64,000 nt of DNA, taken from assembly GCA_021613535.1 (NCBI GenBank), contig CP075494.1, positions 15,500,001 to 15,564,000 of the forward strand. The letters run 5' to 3'. The notes under the pieces were generated by a model. The model worked only from the letters and a program-made list of their open reading frames with translations, ran no database searches and was not told where the DNA came from. The position numbers and the translations under genes were made by a program. Of this stretch, positions 13,116-25,550 are shown piece after piece. This DNA comes from Adineta vaga. Taxonomy: Eukaryota; Animalia; Rotifera. How positions within the stretch are numbered: position 1 is the stretch's first letter; each line of letters starts with the position of its first letter.

Positions 13116-14237
13116 TTTCGAAATAGAAATATTTTTATCTACAAATAAAAATCGATTCCAATATGAATTTTTCTGCAGGAGAACAGAACAAAGTCGAAGA
13201 AACTATCCTCATATAAATTAACTGAATAAGAAAAATCTTTCTACTACTTTATCCAAAATGAATAAGATCCTATTTAACCCAACAAATGTTGAGGATATGA
13301 GTTTGTACACGTAACATCTAAAATCTTTAAACATATTTCATATACAGGAAGTCTTAATCTAGGAAATAAAACTTTCCAACATACTTTGGATAGAATGAAA
13401 TGAGTCAATAGTTAAACATTATATGTCATTCATAAGACACAGAACAGACTGGTATCCATATATTGAGAATCAAAGAATTTTAACAATAAATTCACTACAT
13501 CATTGGGAATGTATATGTCTGTATGAATTTCTATTTCTCTATGCGAATAAAACATAATCTTTGCCATTGATTACTAATATTCAACAACACGGATTTCGAC
13601 GAAAAAGAAAAAGAACAAAATTCACATGTTTTATTGTTGCCTCTATTAACGCAGAAGAACTTCGTTCTGTTTATTGTGATAATAGTGAATATAAAGGTGC
13701 GCATATATCGTTACATATCACAATATGTATATGACAATTTATGATGAGAGTTAACTGGTTTTCTTCCAAGGAAAAGACATTTATTGCATTTTTCAAAACG
13801 TTTCGTTCTTTTTTGGTAGCTGTAAGTTTCACAATGAAATTTATCTGTATAAGGTTCTCTCTCATATGACCATCTACTCTGAATATAATCGAGAACCGGT
13901 TTGCTTACAAGCCATCATTTCATTTTTAGACGTTATTGAGATTGTGGAATATTATTTGTGCTGGCATTGTTCTCTAATTATTTAAATTTCTCTAAAAGAT
14001 GTAGTAAGATACGATGTTACAAACAACACTTCAGTTTACTAGGAGTGTGGCATGCCCAGTAGAAGAGAATAAAAAGAGGAATCCAGAAAATTCTGTTGAT
14101 ACATTGCTTCTATTAGTTGACATTTATAGGTATTGAAAAAAAAGAGTTGGTGAAGTAAATCATACACAGCGGTAAAAATTCATGGAAATACTCATTGTCA
14201 TCATTCATCATCGGCGTTTAATGTCATTGACGATACG

Positions 14238-15101
14238 TTAACATCTGAAGATATTAATAGCGAAGTTTTTCAGCAAGGTGCGTACGTGTTGATTAGTAGA
14301 TACCAATAATAATACATCACAAAGTACAGCTAATGCTGATAATATCTGAAAACATTCATTCAAAATAGTCGGGACGTAAGCACTTTTGTTGAACAGTTCT
14401 ATACTAAAAGAAGGTGTCCATCCTACGATAAACACGATAAAAGTGCCGATTGTTATTTTAACCAAGAAAACATCACGTTTATGCGATACTTGACCATCCA
14501 TAACTGTAGCATGCACTCGACGTGCAGAATTACGCACAAATATTAGAGTACGAGCATTGCATATAGTGACAATTATGATTGGTAAGAATAACGTAGTTAC
14601 TAGGGTATAATACGATAAAAAAGTTATTTCCTCTGAAGTATAACACAGGAAACCATCTACAAATAAGTACGGTACGGCAATCAAAAGAGCAGTAAGCCAT
14701 CCTAGAATCATGCAAATCCATAAACATAAGTTTGAACGAAAGATGCGTTTGTGTGCATAAACAATCGTGAGGAATCTACTAATGGCAAATACACAATGCG
14801 AGTACGTCAGTTGACATGCGGTCATTATTATCATATAAACTTGGGAACGACAAGATAAACTGCTGTATATGTGGAGTAATTGCTGAATACTCATCGCCAA
14901 CATCATAATACTAAACAATGCACTTGTGAGACAAACATTGATTGTGAACCAATTTAGTTTGTTGCTACGAAGTGTTGGTTGGATCAGTATAAGAGCTGTG
15001 TAAGCAATGGAAAAAAAGATTGTGAGTGAAAGCAGTGATATTTGAATGATAGCGATGAATTGATTATTTGAAAACACATCGATAGTAGAAGATTCGTTCA
15101 T
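14238..15101 (-). CDS. Intronless class A (rhodopsin-like) orphan GPCR
   Basis: 287 aa with 7 hydrophobic segments, AISRFLTIVY (DRY-like), LFLPIIIVTICN, FIVGWTP. Confidence 0.8.
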   Translation of the reverse strand: MNESSTIDVFSNNQFIAIIQISLLSLTIFFSIAYTALILIQPTLRSNKLNWFTINVCLTSALFSIMMLAMSIQQLLHIYSSLSCRSQVYMIIMTACQLTYSHCVFAISRFLTIVYAHKRIFRSNLCLWICMILGWLTALLIAVPYLFVDGFLCYTSEEITFLSYYTLVTTLFLPIIIVTICNARTLIFVRNSARRVHATVMDGQVSHKRDVFLVKITIGTFIVFIVGWTPSFSIELFNKSAYVPTILNECFQILSALAVLCDVLLLVSTNQHVRTLLKNFAINIFRC

Positions 15102-16559
15102 ATTGGAAATGGATGTGTCGTCAAAATAATGTGTTGATTATATACTACTATTATCTATCGTTAGTGTTGAGAAGAAATAGAAGTTTGACGAACGACAAAC
15201 AGTATACTTTGATGATGATTACTATGAGTCTATTCAATGTAATTCCTCTTCAATGGTTCATTAAAAGAGAAAAATCTATTCATAAAAAAGATGTCGATTA
15301 TATCTTTTCTTTGAAATCGTAAGACACAGTTGTTTGCTCAATTATAATTTTAATAAATATCTATAATTAAGTATTCTAATGTATGTTATAAAAAAAAATA
15401 TTTTTAGTAGTTATGACAATACGACAATAATTTAATGTAGAATCTAGAGTAGAAATAACAAAGTCTATGAGTAATACACTACTGATGAATCTTTTATGCT
15501 AGAATAACTTGTTTTATGTATGACAGATAATACATTTCATTTCATGCATGTTATAATCTACTTTTTTTCCTACTGTCAATCTGTTTTTATGGCAGTCATT
15601 AGAAATTCGATTTAAAATCAAGACGATAGTCATGTACAGATAATTTTCAAAGAGAACTATACATCTAAGAATGAATCAATCTAATGTAAGACATTTTTTG
15701 CTTTTTAATGGCCTCGCTGATTATGGAGATATGTACTTCCCATCGAGTCACATCATCGTCCACATTCACCCTTATTGATATGAAATTAAAGATTATAATG
15801 AATCCATATCTATACCAATCTGATGTCGGTTCCCATCTAGGGTGAAGATGGGGGTGCAGTTCCGTTAGCGAATCGGGAAATTAGACGGAATTTAATCAGT
15901 ATGTAATATTATCGATGTGTCATGTATGAAACGGAATCCCGTGTAATCAGTAGAAAAGGATTTTAGAAGCAGAATCGATTCCACAATGTTTAACATGACG
16001 GGATAGGATGTATTCTGAGAAAGAAAGGTTTCCACAATCTGTCATGTGGCATTAAATTGTCACTCTCACTACTCATTACAATGTGAAATCAGGTTCGTAC
16101 ACAAACTGGATATATACATTCACTTCAGTTCATCGTTAATACAAAAAGAAAATATCAAATTAGTACTTTCAAACCTTGATTTAACAAGAAAATTGATGAC
16201 TAGCGTACTATAGCCGATGCTATATGCACCTGGAACATTCGAACAGCATAAATCAATACGAACTCAGTGCATTTAAAATTCTAAACGCTGACAAAAAGTG
16301 TGATTAGAATATTTATTGTTGTTAAAAAAATTAAAATTAACTTCTCTAATGAATCTGATTACAACATAAATGATTAAAGTCAGTTATAGTGATAGTGAAG
16401 TTGGTCAAGCCATTCAACCTAATAAGAAATCGAACTAATATACTTGAATAGTTGAAATTTTTTGCTATTCAACTATTCAGCTATTCAGTTATTCGTATCA
16501 GTGCGGGTGAATGTTGTTGCGAAAGGTGATGCCTCCGTTTCGAGTATTACACTACTGAA

Positions 16560-17080
16560 AATATGATAATTTTCAAAATAACTTATCACACTAATAACGT
16601 ATTTTTTACGCTTTTTCTGATGTCTACTTGTACGATTACAAACTACAAAGTTTCTTTGTGCACTTTTGTTGTGTTGTCGTTGCTGGAAAAAGCGATGAAA
16701 AATGACGCGCAGTAAGACGTTAGGGGATTATCATTGATAACAGGACGGCCATACTCTATGTTTGGATTGAGAGTATCCTTCGATTAATTGTTGAATAAAT
16801 TTACTTCGAAAATCTGCAAAATGAATAATCTTTTTATGCTCCATTTTGAATAGTATATATTATGCATTGAATGTTGATAAATCCAATAGATGAAAGAAGA
16901 ATTTCTTGTATGATTTAATATTTATATCAGTTTTATCATCTGAGTCCATGTTTCTGTTGTAATGAACAATACATTTTGATTTGTCAATTCTTTTTCTAAT
17001 ATCTTCTAATCAGTTTTTCGTGTTTTAATCATCCTCGACCTGTGAATTTACATAACATAATGACTTTTTTATCTTCAGAT
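16560..17080 (-). mobile_element. Degenerate piggyBac (PGBD4-like) transposase C-terminal relic
   Basis: Minus-strand fragments with stops and frameshifts: DKKVIML, KSKCIVHYNRNM..DKTD, YKKFFFHLLDLSTFNA*YILFK, FADFRSKFIQQLIE, GRPVINDNPLRLTARHF, AQRNFVVC..YFENYH, in piggyBac motif order. Confidence 0.8.
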
Positions 17081-18339
17081 AATTGACCTAAACTATATAA
17101 CGATTTACTAGAATACCATCGCACTTACCATTTGTAAATATAGCCATAAATGTTCCTTTTTTCCAGATTAATGAGTCTAATACAGTCATTCAATGCATCT
17201 AAAGACATACAAAAGTGTACAATTTGAAGAAACAGCTGGTAAAGAAATTACTTCGATATTGTTTAGATAATATGAAAACGCCGGCACGACCTGCACATAA
17301 CGTTGAAGTTTCATCATTATTTTGTTCATCATTGGAAAGTTCAATTGAACAAGAATATATCTAAAAATAAGGAGGATACGATATTTTAGTAAAAATAAAT
17401 TACACAGAAGAAAATTGATTACTTCGATTTAGATTGTTGAACTGATGCATTAATCATTTCTGTACAAACCTAGACAAATTACCGATACCTCGGCGTTCAC
17501 ACATATCTTCGAACAAATCTGAATATCTTTTCAACGATTATGGATTGTTATATTAATGATACGGACGATTTACTGTTGTGGTACGATCAGAAGAAATAGA
17601 AATTGTAACCATGCCTATAGCTATATGACAGAAATATGTATTTGATAGAAAAAAATATGCGTTCAAATGATACAGTTGACATTCTATTCTATTCAAACAT
17701 TTCTTTTTTTTTAAATTAAAAAAGAATTTTAAATAATTTACTTTCTTAACAATAAGTTGTTAAGGAATGAATTGAGCAAAATAAGAGGAAAACGATGCAA
17801 AAGGATTTTCATATTTCTACACCCTCAGATAGGTGATGATATCGTGACTATGATGAAATAAAGCTTTACTTAGTAGAAAATACAATTATTTAACATCTCA
17901 GTTGCATATCACATTCCTAATTCTTCATGTTTGTTTGAATAAAGATTAGAGATACAAGATGATCCACTGAGTGCTTTTCGTCACTGCCGATGACAATACC
18001 TTCACATATGCGCATGTAATGATATCAACGATAACCTTATTTTGTGTGATATCAATTGGGGATTATTGATTGTACTTTTCTTGATTTTAAATGTCATAAC
18101 ATAGTTTCTTCACCTTAATACGATGCAATACGCCCAAAATAAGTCACATTTTGTCCTTTATGTACCGAATTAAATCAACAAGCTTTAACAGCCGCATTTT
18201 TATGAGTAATATGGTAATATTGATTATTTAGTTTTTGGGTGTATAGCACTAGTATAAAAGAAATGATATGATACAGGTAGAATGGAAACCCATTCTTCAC
18301 AAATTTCTCGAAATACAGAACAATATTAATCACTTGAAG

Positions 18340-20897
18340 ATGGCTACGAAATCATGCCGAACAGGATTGATCAAACAATGGTGGCGTCTTCTGATTATTT
18401 TGCTCACACCGATTATTTTACTGCCACTTCCACTCATCATTAGAAAAATTGTAGGTCTACAGTTTTACCCATATAATATGACAATCTCAATAAACTAGTT
18501 CTTTTGAATTCTCTTTAGCAAATAAGATGTGCTTATGTTGTTCTGATTCTATCGATTTATTGGGTATCGGAAGCAATGCCATATGCAGTAACTTCTTTAT
18601 TGCCCTTGTTTTTCTTTCCAATGGCAGGTATTCTACCGAGTAAGCGAGTGGGTACGAACTATTTCAAGGTAAATATTATTTGATGATATCATTTATTTAT
18701 ATTATTTATTCTTTCTATAGGATATAACAATATTATTCGTTGGAAGTATGATGTTAGCTCAAGCAATTGAACAAGTCGGTTTACATCGACGATTAGCATT
18801 ATTTCTTCTCAGTGTCGTTAGTTCATCAATTAAATGGTTTGCATTTATAAGATTTTTATGTGAATATTGAATTTTTGTCTATTTCTGATAGGATCATGGC
18901 TGGTTTAATGGGAGTAACTGCTTTTATAAGTATGTGGATAAATAATTCAGCTGCAACAAGTATTATGATACCAGCAGCCATTGCCATTATTGATGAGCTT
19001 CAAAAGCATCATGACAAAGTACAAGAACAAACTGCAACTCAACACAACAAGAAACACATCACATTCGAAGAAGATGTTGTGCGAATTGAAGTGAATGGTA
19101 CGAATATATTTTATTTTAATTACTACGATCAACAATTTCTATTTTCCATTATTAGTTGCATTCGATGATTCATTATATATGGAACCGAAAAAGACAGAAC
19201 CTTCTATGTAAGTTATAACAAATAAGATTATTTTTATTATTCAACAGTTTCCAGTGCTAAGCCTGAGCATTGTTCAAATACTCCCATAAATTCAATGAAG
19301 AAGAATCATATAGATTATCAACAACTTAAAACTGGTAAAATCAATTTTCTTTCTTCGAAAACTAACAATTAAACGTATGATTCTATACTTGCAGGTTTTC
19401 TTATTGCCGTAGCGTATAGTGCAGCTATTGGTGGTTTAGCAACACTCGTTGGAACTGGTCCGAATATATTTGTTAAAGGGTTCACCGACGAGTAATTGTT
19501 TTCTTTTCGACAATATTGATATCGATAATAAACTGAACTTTTTTTCCTACTCATAGTTTTTATAGTAAAGGACGTCATGCATTCGAAATTTCATTTACCA
19601 ATTTTCTGCTTTTCGCTCTACCAATTGGTGTTATTATGCTCATATTTTGTTGGTTATGGTTGCAACTATTATACAATCGTCGAGAGTAAATATGAACAGT
19701 GCATACGATATATGATTTGAACATACTGGATCTATTTTTAGATTGTTGCCTTGGTTGCGAAAAGATCAAAATGATGTAGAATCTCAACATCATTTACAAT
19801 CTGTTCTTAGAAAGCAATACAGAGATTTAGGCAGTTTTAATTGGAGTGAATATACAATAACTATTTTATTTCTTCTAATGGTAGCATTATGGACAACAAG
19901 AGAATTTTCAAGTTATTCTGGATGGAAGGTCATTTTCCGAAAAGAGTAAAGAAAGAAATTTTAGTCTACAATCATTTAAGAAATGAAATTATTGTTTAGT
20001 TATGTCACAGATGGAACAATTGCAATGTTAATTGGTACACTACCACTTATTTTACCCGATAAGAATCCATTTGATAGTAAGATATGATTGACATCGTCAG
20101 ATGTTTTATTGAAAATATTATATTGTAGAAAAATGGGAATATCATCCTATTCTTCAATGGGATCAAGTATGTAAAACGTTTCCATGGGGTGTATTTATGT
20201 TACAAGGTGCTGGTTTAGCTATTGCTGATGGATTTGAAGTGAGACACTTGTATGAAAGCTTTCATTTAATATGCGTTATTTCAATTCTCTAGACATCAAA
20301 TCTATCAGCTACCTTAGCAACATTACTTCAGTTTGTCGTCGGAGCTTCGCATATAATTGTCATTTTTGTAACAATTCTAATAAGTGCAATATTTACAGAA
20401 TTTACAAGCAATCTAACATGTGCCAGTATTTTATTTCCTGTACTGGATAGTATTGTAAGGAGAAATTCATAACTATTTGCTAATGACATGTCTCTACTTT
20501 GAAGAAATGACTAAATGATTCATACATAGTATAAAATACTGTCGTTTTTTTAGGCAAATACAGCAAACATTCATGCAGCACGTCTTATTTTACCATCTTG
20601 TATGGCCGTTTCTCTTTCATTTATGTTACCAATCGGTAAAATATCTTTTTTTATAACGCTTCTTAATAATATCATTTATCATTTGTAGCAACTCCACCTA
20701 ATGCAATGATATTCTCAAGTGGTAGTGTAAAAATCATTGACTTAATTAAAGTTGGATTTGTTATGAAAATAATTGGTATTGTTATCATTCTTTTTTCATC
20801 AATGATTTTATTACCACCGATCTTTCATATTTATCCATTGGCACCCATTGTCGATGATACATTACTATTTAATAACTCTATTAGTCAAGGGAATTAA
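18340..20897 (+). CDS. SLC13 family Na+-dicarboxylate/citrate/sulfate cotransporter (INDY-like), multi-exon
   Basis: YWVSEAMPYAVTSLLP, GLHRRLAL, FISMWINNSAATSIMIP, AYSAAIGGLATLVGTGPN, FTEFTSN, SFMLPIATPPNAMIF across many short-intron exons. Confidence 0.92.
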
Positions 20898-21663
20898 ATA
20901 AAAATCATTTCGTTGTTAATACTGTTCGCATTTTATCGTAAATCTTCTAGGAAATATGTTTTTCGACATATCTAAGTCAATGATACATAAAAACTACAAT
21001 TCTTTGGGCTAAAAAAACATATTTTTTGTAATAAACAATAAACATTCTTTATGTCGTTCTATAATAGCAAAACGAAAAATCGTAACTAGAGCGAAATGAA
21101 ATTCTCCTATTGATATGATTTGAATTGCTTCGCTTCTATTTGGAAACTGTATGTAGCTTTTGATATATATGTTATTCTGTTTTTTTGGTATCTTACGCTT
21201 GATAATATCTATAAATAATATATATATATATATCTTATTTTGTCCGTTTTGTCAATCGAGAGAAACAAAAACTACCGCAAACAACTTTAGAGGGTTTACA
21301 ATCCATAATATTCTATCTCTTTAGTGAGATATACAATGACCTATTGGAAACATATTGCTATATTCTCTATATACGGTATCTTATATTAAGGTTTTGTTAT
21401 TCCTATTATACGTATATTGGAAGTCTAAAGAACGACAAAAACCATACATATGTTCTTTTTTTCTTTCTTTCTTTCTGATAAACTAGCTCTTTCTTCTGAT
21501 ATATATATATATATATATACAGAGTTCTAATGGATTTTGCGTCGATAATTGTATTCGGGTAAGACGAAGAAAAAGGAAATCTATCATTTTTCTTCGTCAG
21601 TTATTCGGATACGCAAAAGAGGCAGTAGAACACAAGTTTTACATCACGCGCAATTCTGCAATC

Positions 21664-22155
21664 ATGCCAGGAGCTTCGAGACGAGTTCGACGTTTAGAAA
21701 AAGATGCTATTTTACGTGTAAAAGTAAGTTTTGTTTTCATCGATAAGTTCATTCGATTTCATAAGAAATAATTTATAGAATACTGAATATACACGTGAAC
21801 AATCGGATAGTTATATAACAAGTTTAAATCTTAATTACGATGATGATGATACCGATCGTCATCGTCGGCATGTATCGACAAGACCAATTCGTCAAATTCA
21901 ACGCGAAATTGATTATCCTGTCGAATCATTGGAGAAAATAACTGAACGTATTCAACAAGAAATAAAAAGAAGACAAATGTCAGCACCAGCTAGTAAGATT
22001 TCTCTTCTTTATCTTTGAATTAAAATCGAAATAATTGATATTTTATTCTAGCTGCAACTCATTCATCATCAACAGGCGATCGCGCAAGTCGTGATACTGG
22101 AACACCAGCAAAATATACGAACAACAAACACCCTAGCAGCAACAAACTCTACTAA
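21664..22155 (+). CDS. Small 3-exon hypothetical protein (MPGASRRVRRLEKDAILRVK...NKHPSSNKLY)
   Basis: Two ~55-nt GT-AG introns (about 21724..21778 and 21993..22051) join an open hydrophilic frame. Start codon uncertain; upstream spliced exons are present. Confidence 0.55.
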
Positions 22156-25100
22156 GACATTAAACGATATCAATTTTTAGAACAATGTGAGATATCATTG
22201 AACTTTAACATTTGTAGTAGAAATTCATATGATTTAACGAGTGAAAATATACAAAAACAGAAATTACTATTTATCTAATTGAAAAACAAAGAAAAGATTG
22301 AATAGAAAAACTCGCATCAATCGATCGATCAGCTGTTTGTTAAATTACACCTGAATGATTTGTATAATTGACTTTCTGATGTCATCTAAATTGCTAATTA
22401 CAATTCGGAAAGAAATCCATTAGAATATCGTACATAACATAACAAATATGCAGTTTCTATTAATAAAAATATCTGAATATGTTGAATAACACAACCATGA
22501 TCTTGGATCTTATCACAAAGATACAGAAAGAGGAAAAGTATTCTTAATCTCTAATCTTACTTTTCTATGATGATCATGATGATGAATGAGAAAGTAACAT
22601 ATGATTATTAGGAATATGTTAATATTGATTCATTGATACGTATTAATAAACTTAATCTGATCAATTTAGACTAATTTCTAGTTGTATTATGTAATATGAT
22701 CTTCATTACGATAAAAATTACTAAGTACATACCAGAATAGTTGAGTATATTGATATTCTTCACTCTATGTTGCTTTAACCTTTTCAATCATGTTCAAGCT
22801 GTTTCTTATGGATATTCAATTCTAAATTTTCTTCTCATGAGTTTCATTATTGTATAAGGAAAATTTAATTTCGCAAAAAGATTTCTTATCTATCAAATAA
22901 AAATACTCACGATTGATTGTAGAAAGAGGTGATCAAAATTGCAATTATGATAAAAAGTATTTCAAGCAAATAGATTATTATACTTCATTTTCATCGTATT
23001 CATAGTTGTTATCTTTTTAATATCGAATGCATAAGTAAATGAAGACATGTATCTACCATTATCGAGTTAGAAAATGTTTATGTTAACTGATCTTCAGAGA
23101 GAAGAAAGATAAATTAATATTCCAGAATGCAGAATTTTCTCGTAGTTTAGTTCGTTTGTCATTCTTTCATCGGAAAACTGAATGAAAATAATTGACGAAG
23201 TTTTCTTTTTATAACGTTATTATTTTTCGAAAGTAGTCTACTAGATTATAGTACATTAGTTTTGAATCCTCATTGTTTCTAGGAAAGTGTAATACATTTC
23301 GTTTGTGAAGAATACAAAGAGATCTTTTCAAAATAGCTAGTTTTGTAGAATTCAATACATTTCATCTAACTTTACCAGAATAGTAACTATAAACATCGTT
23401 CCGTGCGCCCTGTATTATTATTCTCTTTATCGATCATTTAAACTTAGATTTACCAAGAAAAATTGATCACATTGTATTTTCATTCAGAGATATTTCTAAA
23501 TGTACTTCTTTTTCGAAGGAATACAAGTCATCCATTTCTTTTGTTAATTCAGTTGTTCTTCATTATAATGTGTTCTTTTGAATAAAACACGTCCTACTAT
23601 ATCGAATATAATATAAGAAGTCTGATTTTGAATAAAGATGCGTTTTCTAGTAATTTCATGACGTAGATCGAAGGGAACATTGAGGACTGGAACTACTCTT
23701 AAGTAAGCATAGCATCTGTATAAGAAATTATCATATAAACATTCTCTTGTGAAAGTTGTTGAAGTGATTTATAATGTTATCCATTAGTCGATAAGCGAAC
23801 AGATAATTGAAAAACTTTTATGATATTACAGGTCAGAAGAATCTATTTATATTCCTAACTATAAAGAGAATCACAAGAAGATAAATCTATTAAATGAAGA
23901 TATGTCGAACTTCTTTTTTTTCCTCTTCCGACTTATAAATATAGACAAAGAATCTGTATCGAGAGAGAAATTTTCTCTTGTTAATATGATACGTATATAT
24001 GTTGCTTGTAGAATGGATTGTATACCATATGTTTGACATTTGATTTTCAGAATGCCTGTCACTATCATCAACAAACAACAAGTGAGATATGTATTGTAAC
24101 CTTCATTGATCTATTATTTCATCGAGATGATATCAAAATATACGATACTCATACGTTGCTCATCCGAAAATTTTCTCGATCAGTAAGTGATGTTTTTTCT
24201 CGTGCAGAAAATTCCATTTGATTTGTTTCGAAGAAAAAAGAATAATTTGATTCTTTTTTTTCTTCTTCTCCATTAGTAGAACATCATATCTGAACAAAAA
24301 CAGAAAGTCTATCATGATCGTTTTTGATAAAATCTAATTGAAGACTTTCTTTATTTATTCATCGATTATTTTCATAGAATTCAGTTTCAAGTTAACTTTC
24401 TGTAAGTCATCATTATTTCTATGTACCCATTAATATAAATTTGATTGATTTATTCTTCTAAGTAACGTTTCTTTTTTTTCTATTAAATTAATAGATCATC
24501 AATGAATCTAAATATAGAACAAGTTCTTTATAACCGATTTTTCTTACGAGTAAGAAAATGATTAATGAACTTGATTCATCTCATTGTAGCTTTGACAAGA
24601 AGATGTACGATGCAATATTGTTGCAGATGGTATCTTCAATAGATCATTATAAATCGACTCATTTAAATATTCATTAACCATTTACATTAGTATTCGAAAG
24701 CACAGACAGAATAAATAAAACAAATTCTACTCATCATATCAAAGATAAACTGTTTTGATGAATATACATATATTCATCTTATCTGTGACTCTTTGTTTTT
24801 ACATATTTAACAGTCGAATAATATATGTTTACTTATAATCTTGGTTTTCAGTAGACTATGCGTTCGAACAGATGATGAGTTTCTTTATATATTCAGCTGT
24901 AGAATTACTCACAGCTGTAAATTTTTCTCATGAATAGATTTTGTACAATAAAATTTAGTTTTAAGGTGATAACACGTAATATTCTATCCTTCATCAACCG
25001 CACAGTATGTATAGAGAGAAAAAAAAATAAAACCACGTACAATATTTGTTTCAAGGTTAACGATAACTGAATAAAAGAAACGAAAGAACTACTATTAGAT

Positions 25101-25550
25101 CGATATCAATCTTCTTTTCTTTTTTTATTGCCGAGAGTCATCAGTCTTAACGAGAGAAAAAGTATCGAAGTAAAAATGTATTGAACATATAAACATTTCA
25201 ATGATCGTTTAGTTGAGCAAGGTTCATGACAAGATTTTATCAATCAAATGATTGACTATTTCTTTTGAAAACTAAATTCTATTTTTTGTAATATTTCTAC
25301 CTTGAAAAGACGAACAAATATGAATGTTACTGAAAAATAAATGATGATTTTGTAAGAATGTGAGAGAAGCAGACAAAGAAAAGAAGAAGCATCCTTTTAT
25401 TCTATCAGTAGCACCTGTAACATAACCAACTCGGTTATAAAGTACGTTTCTTTTTCTTTATTTTAGTATCATTGATTGACAGTATCTGGTTACTTTGGTA
25501 TTTGTTTCTTTATTCGTGGAGTGTCTTTAAATTCTTCTCTTATCAGAATT

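Noticed and set aside
16380-16505. ctattca-type 8-mer repeats with an inverted ttgaatagttgaa
   Set aside because: Probably a MITE remnant, but the ends cannot be defined.
22200-25500. 3.3-kb gene-free AT-rich stretch with a broken minus-strand frame near 23400-23700
   Set aside because: No recognisable protein, RNA or repeat structure.
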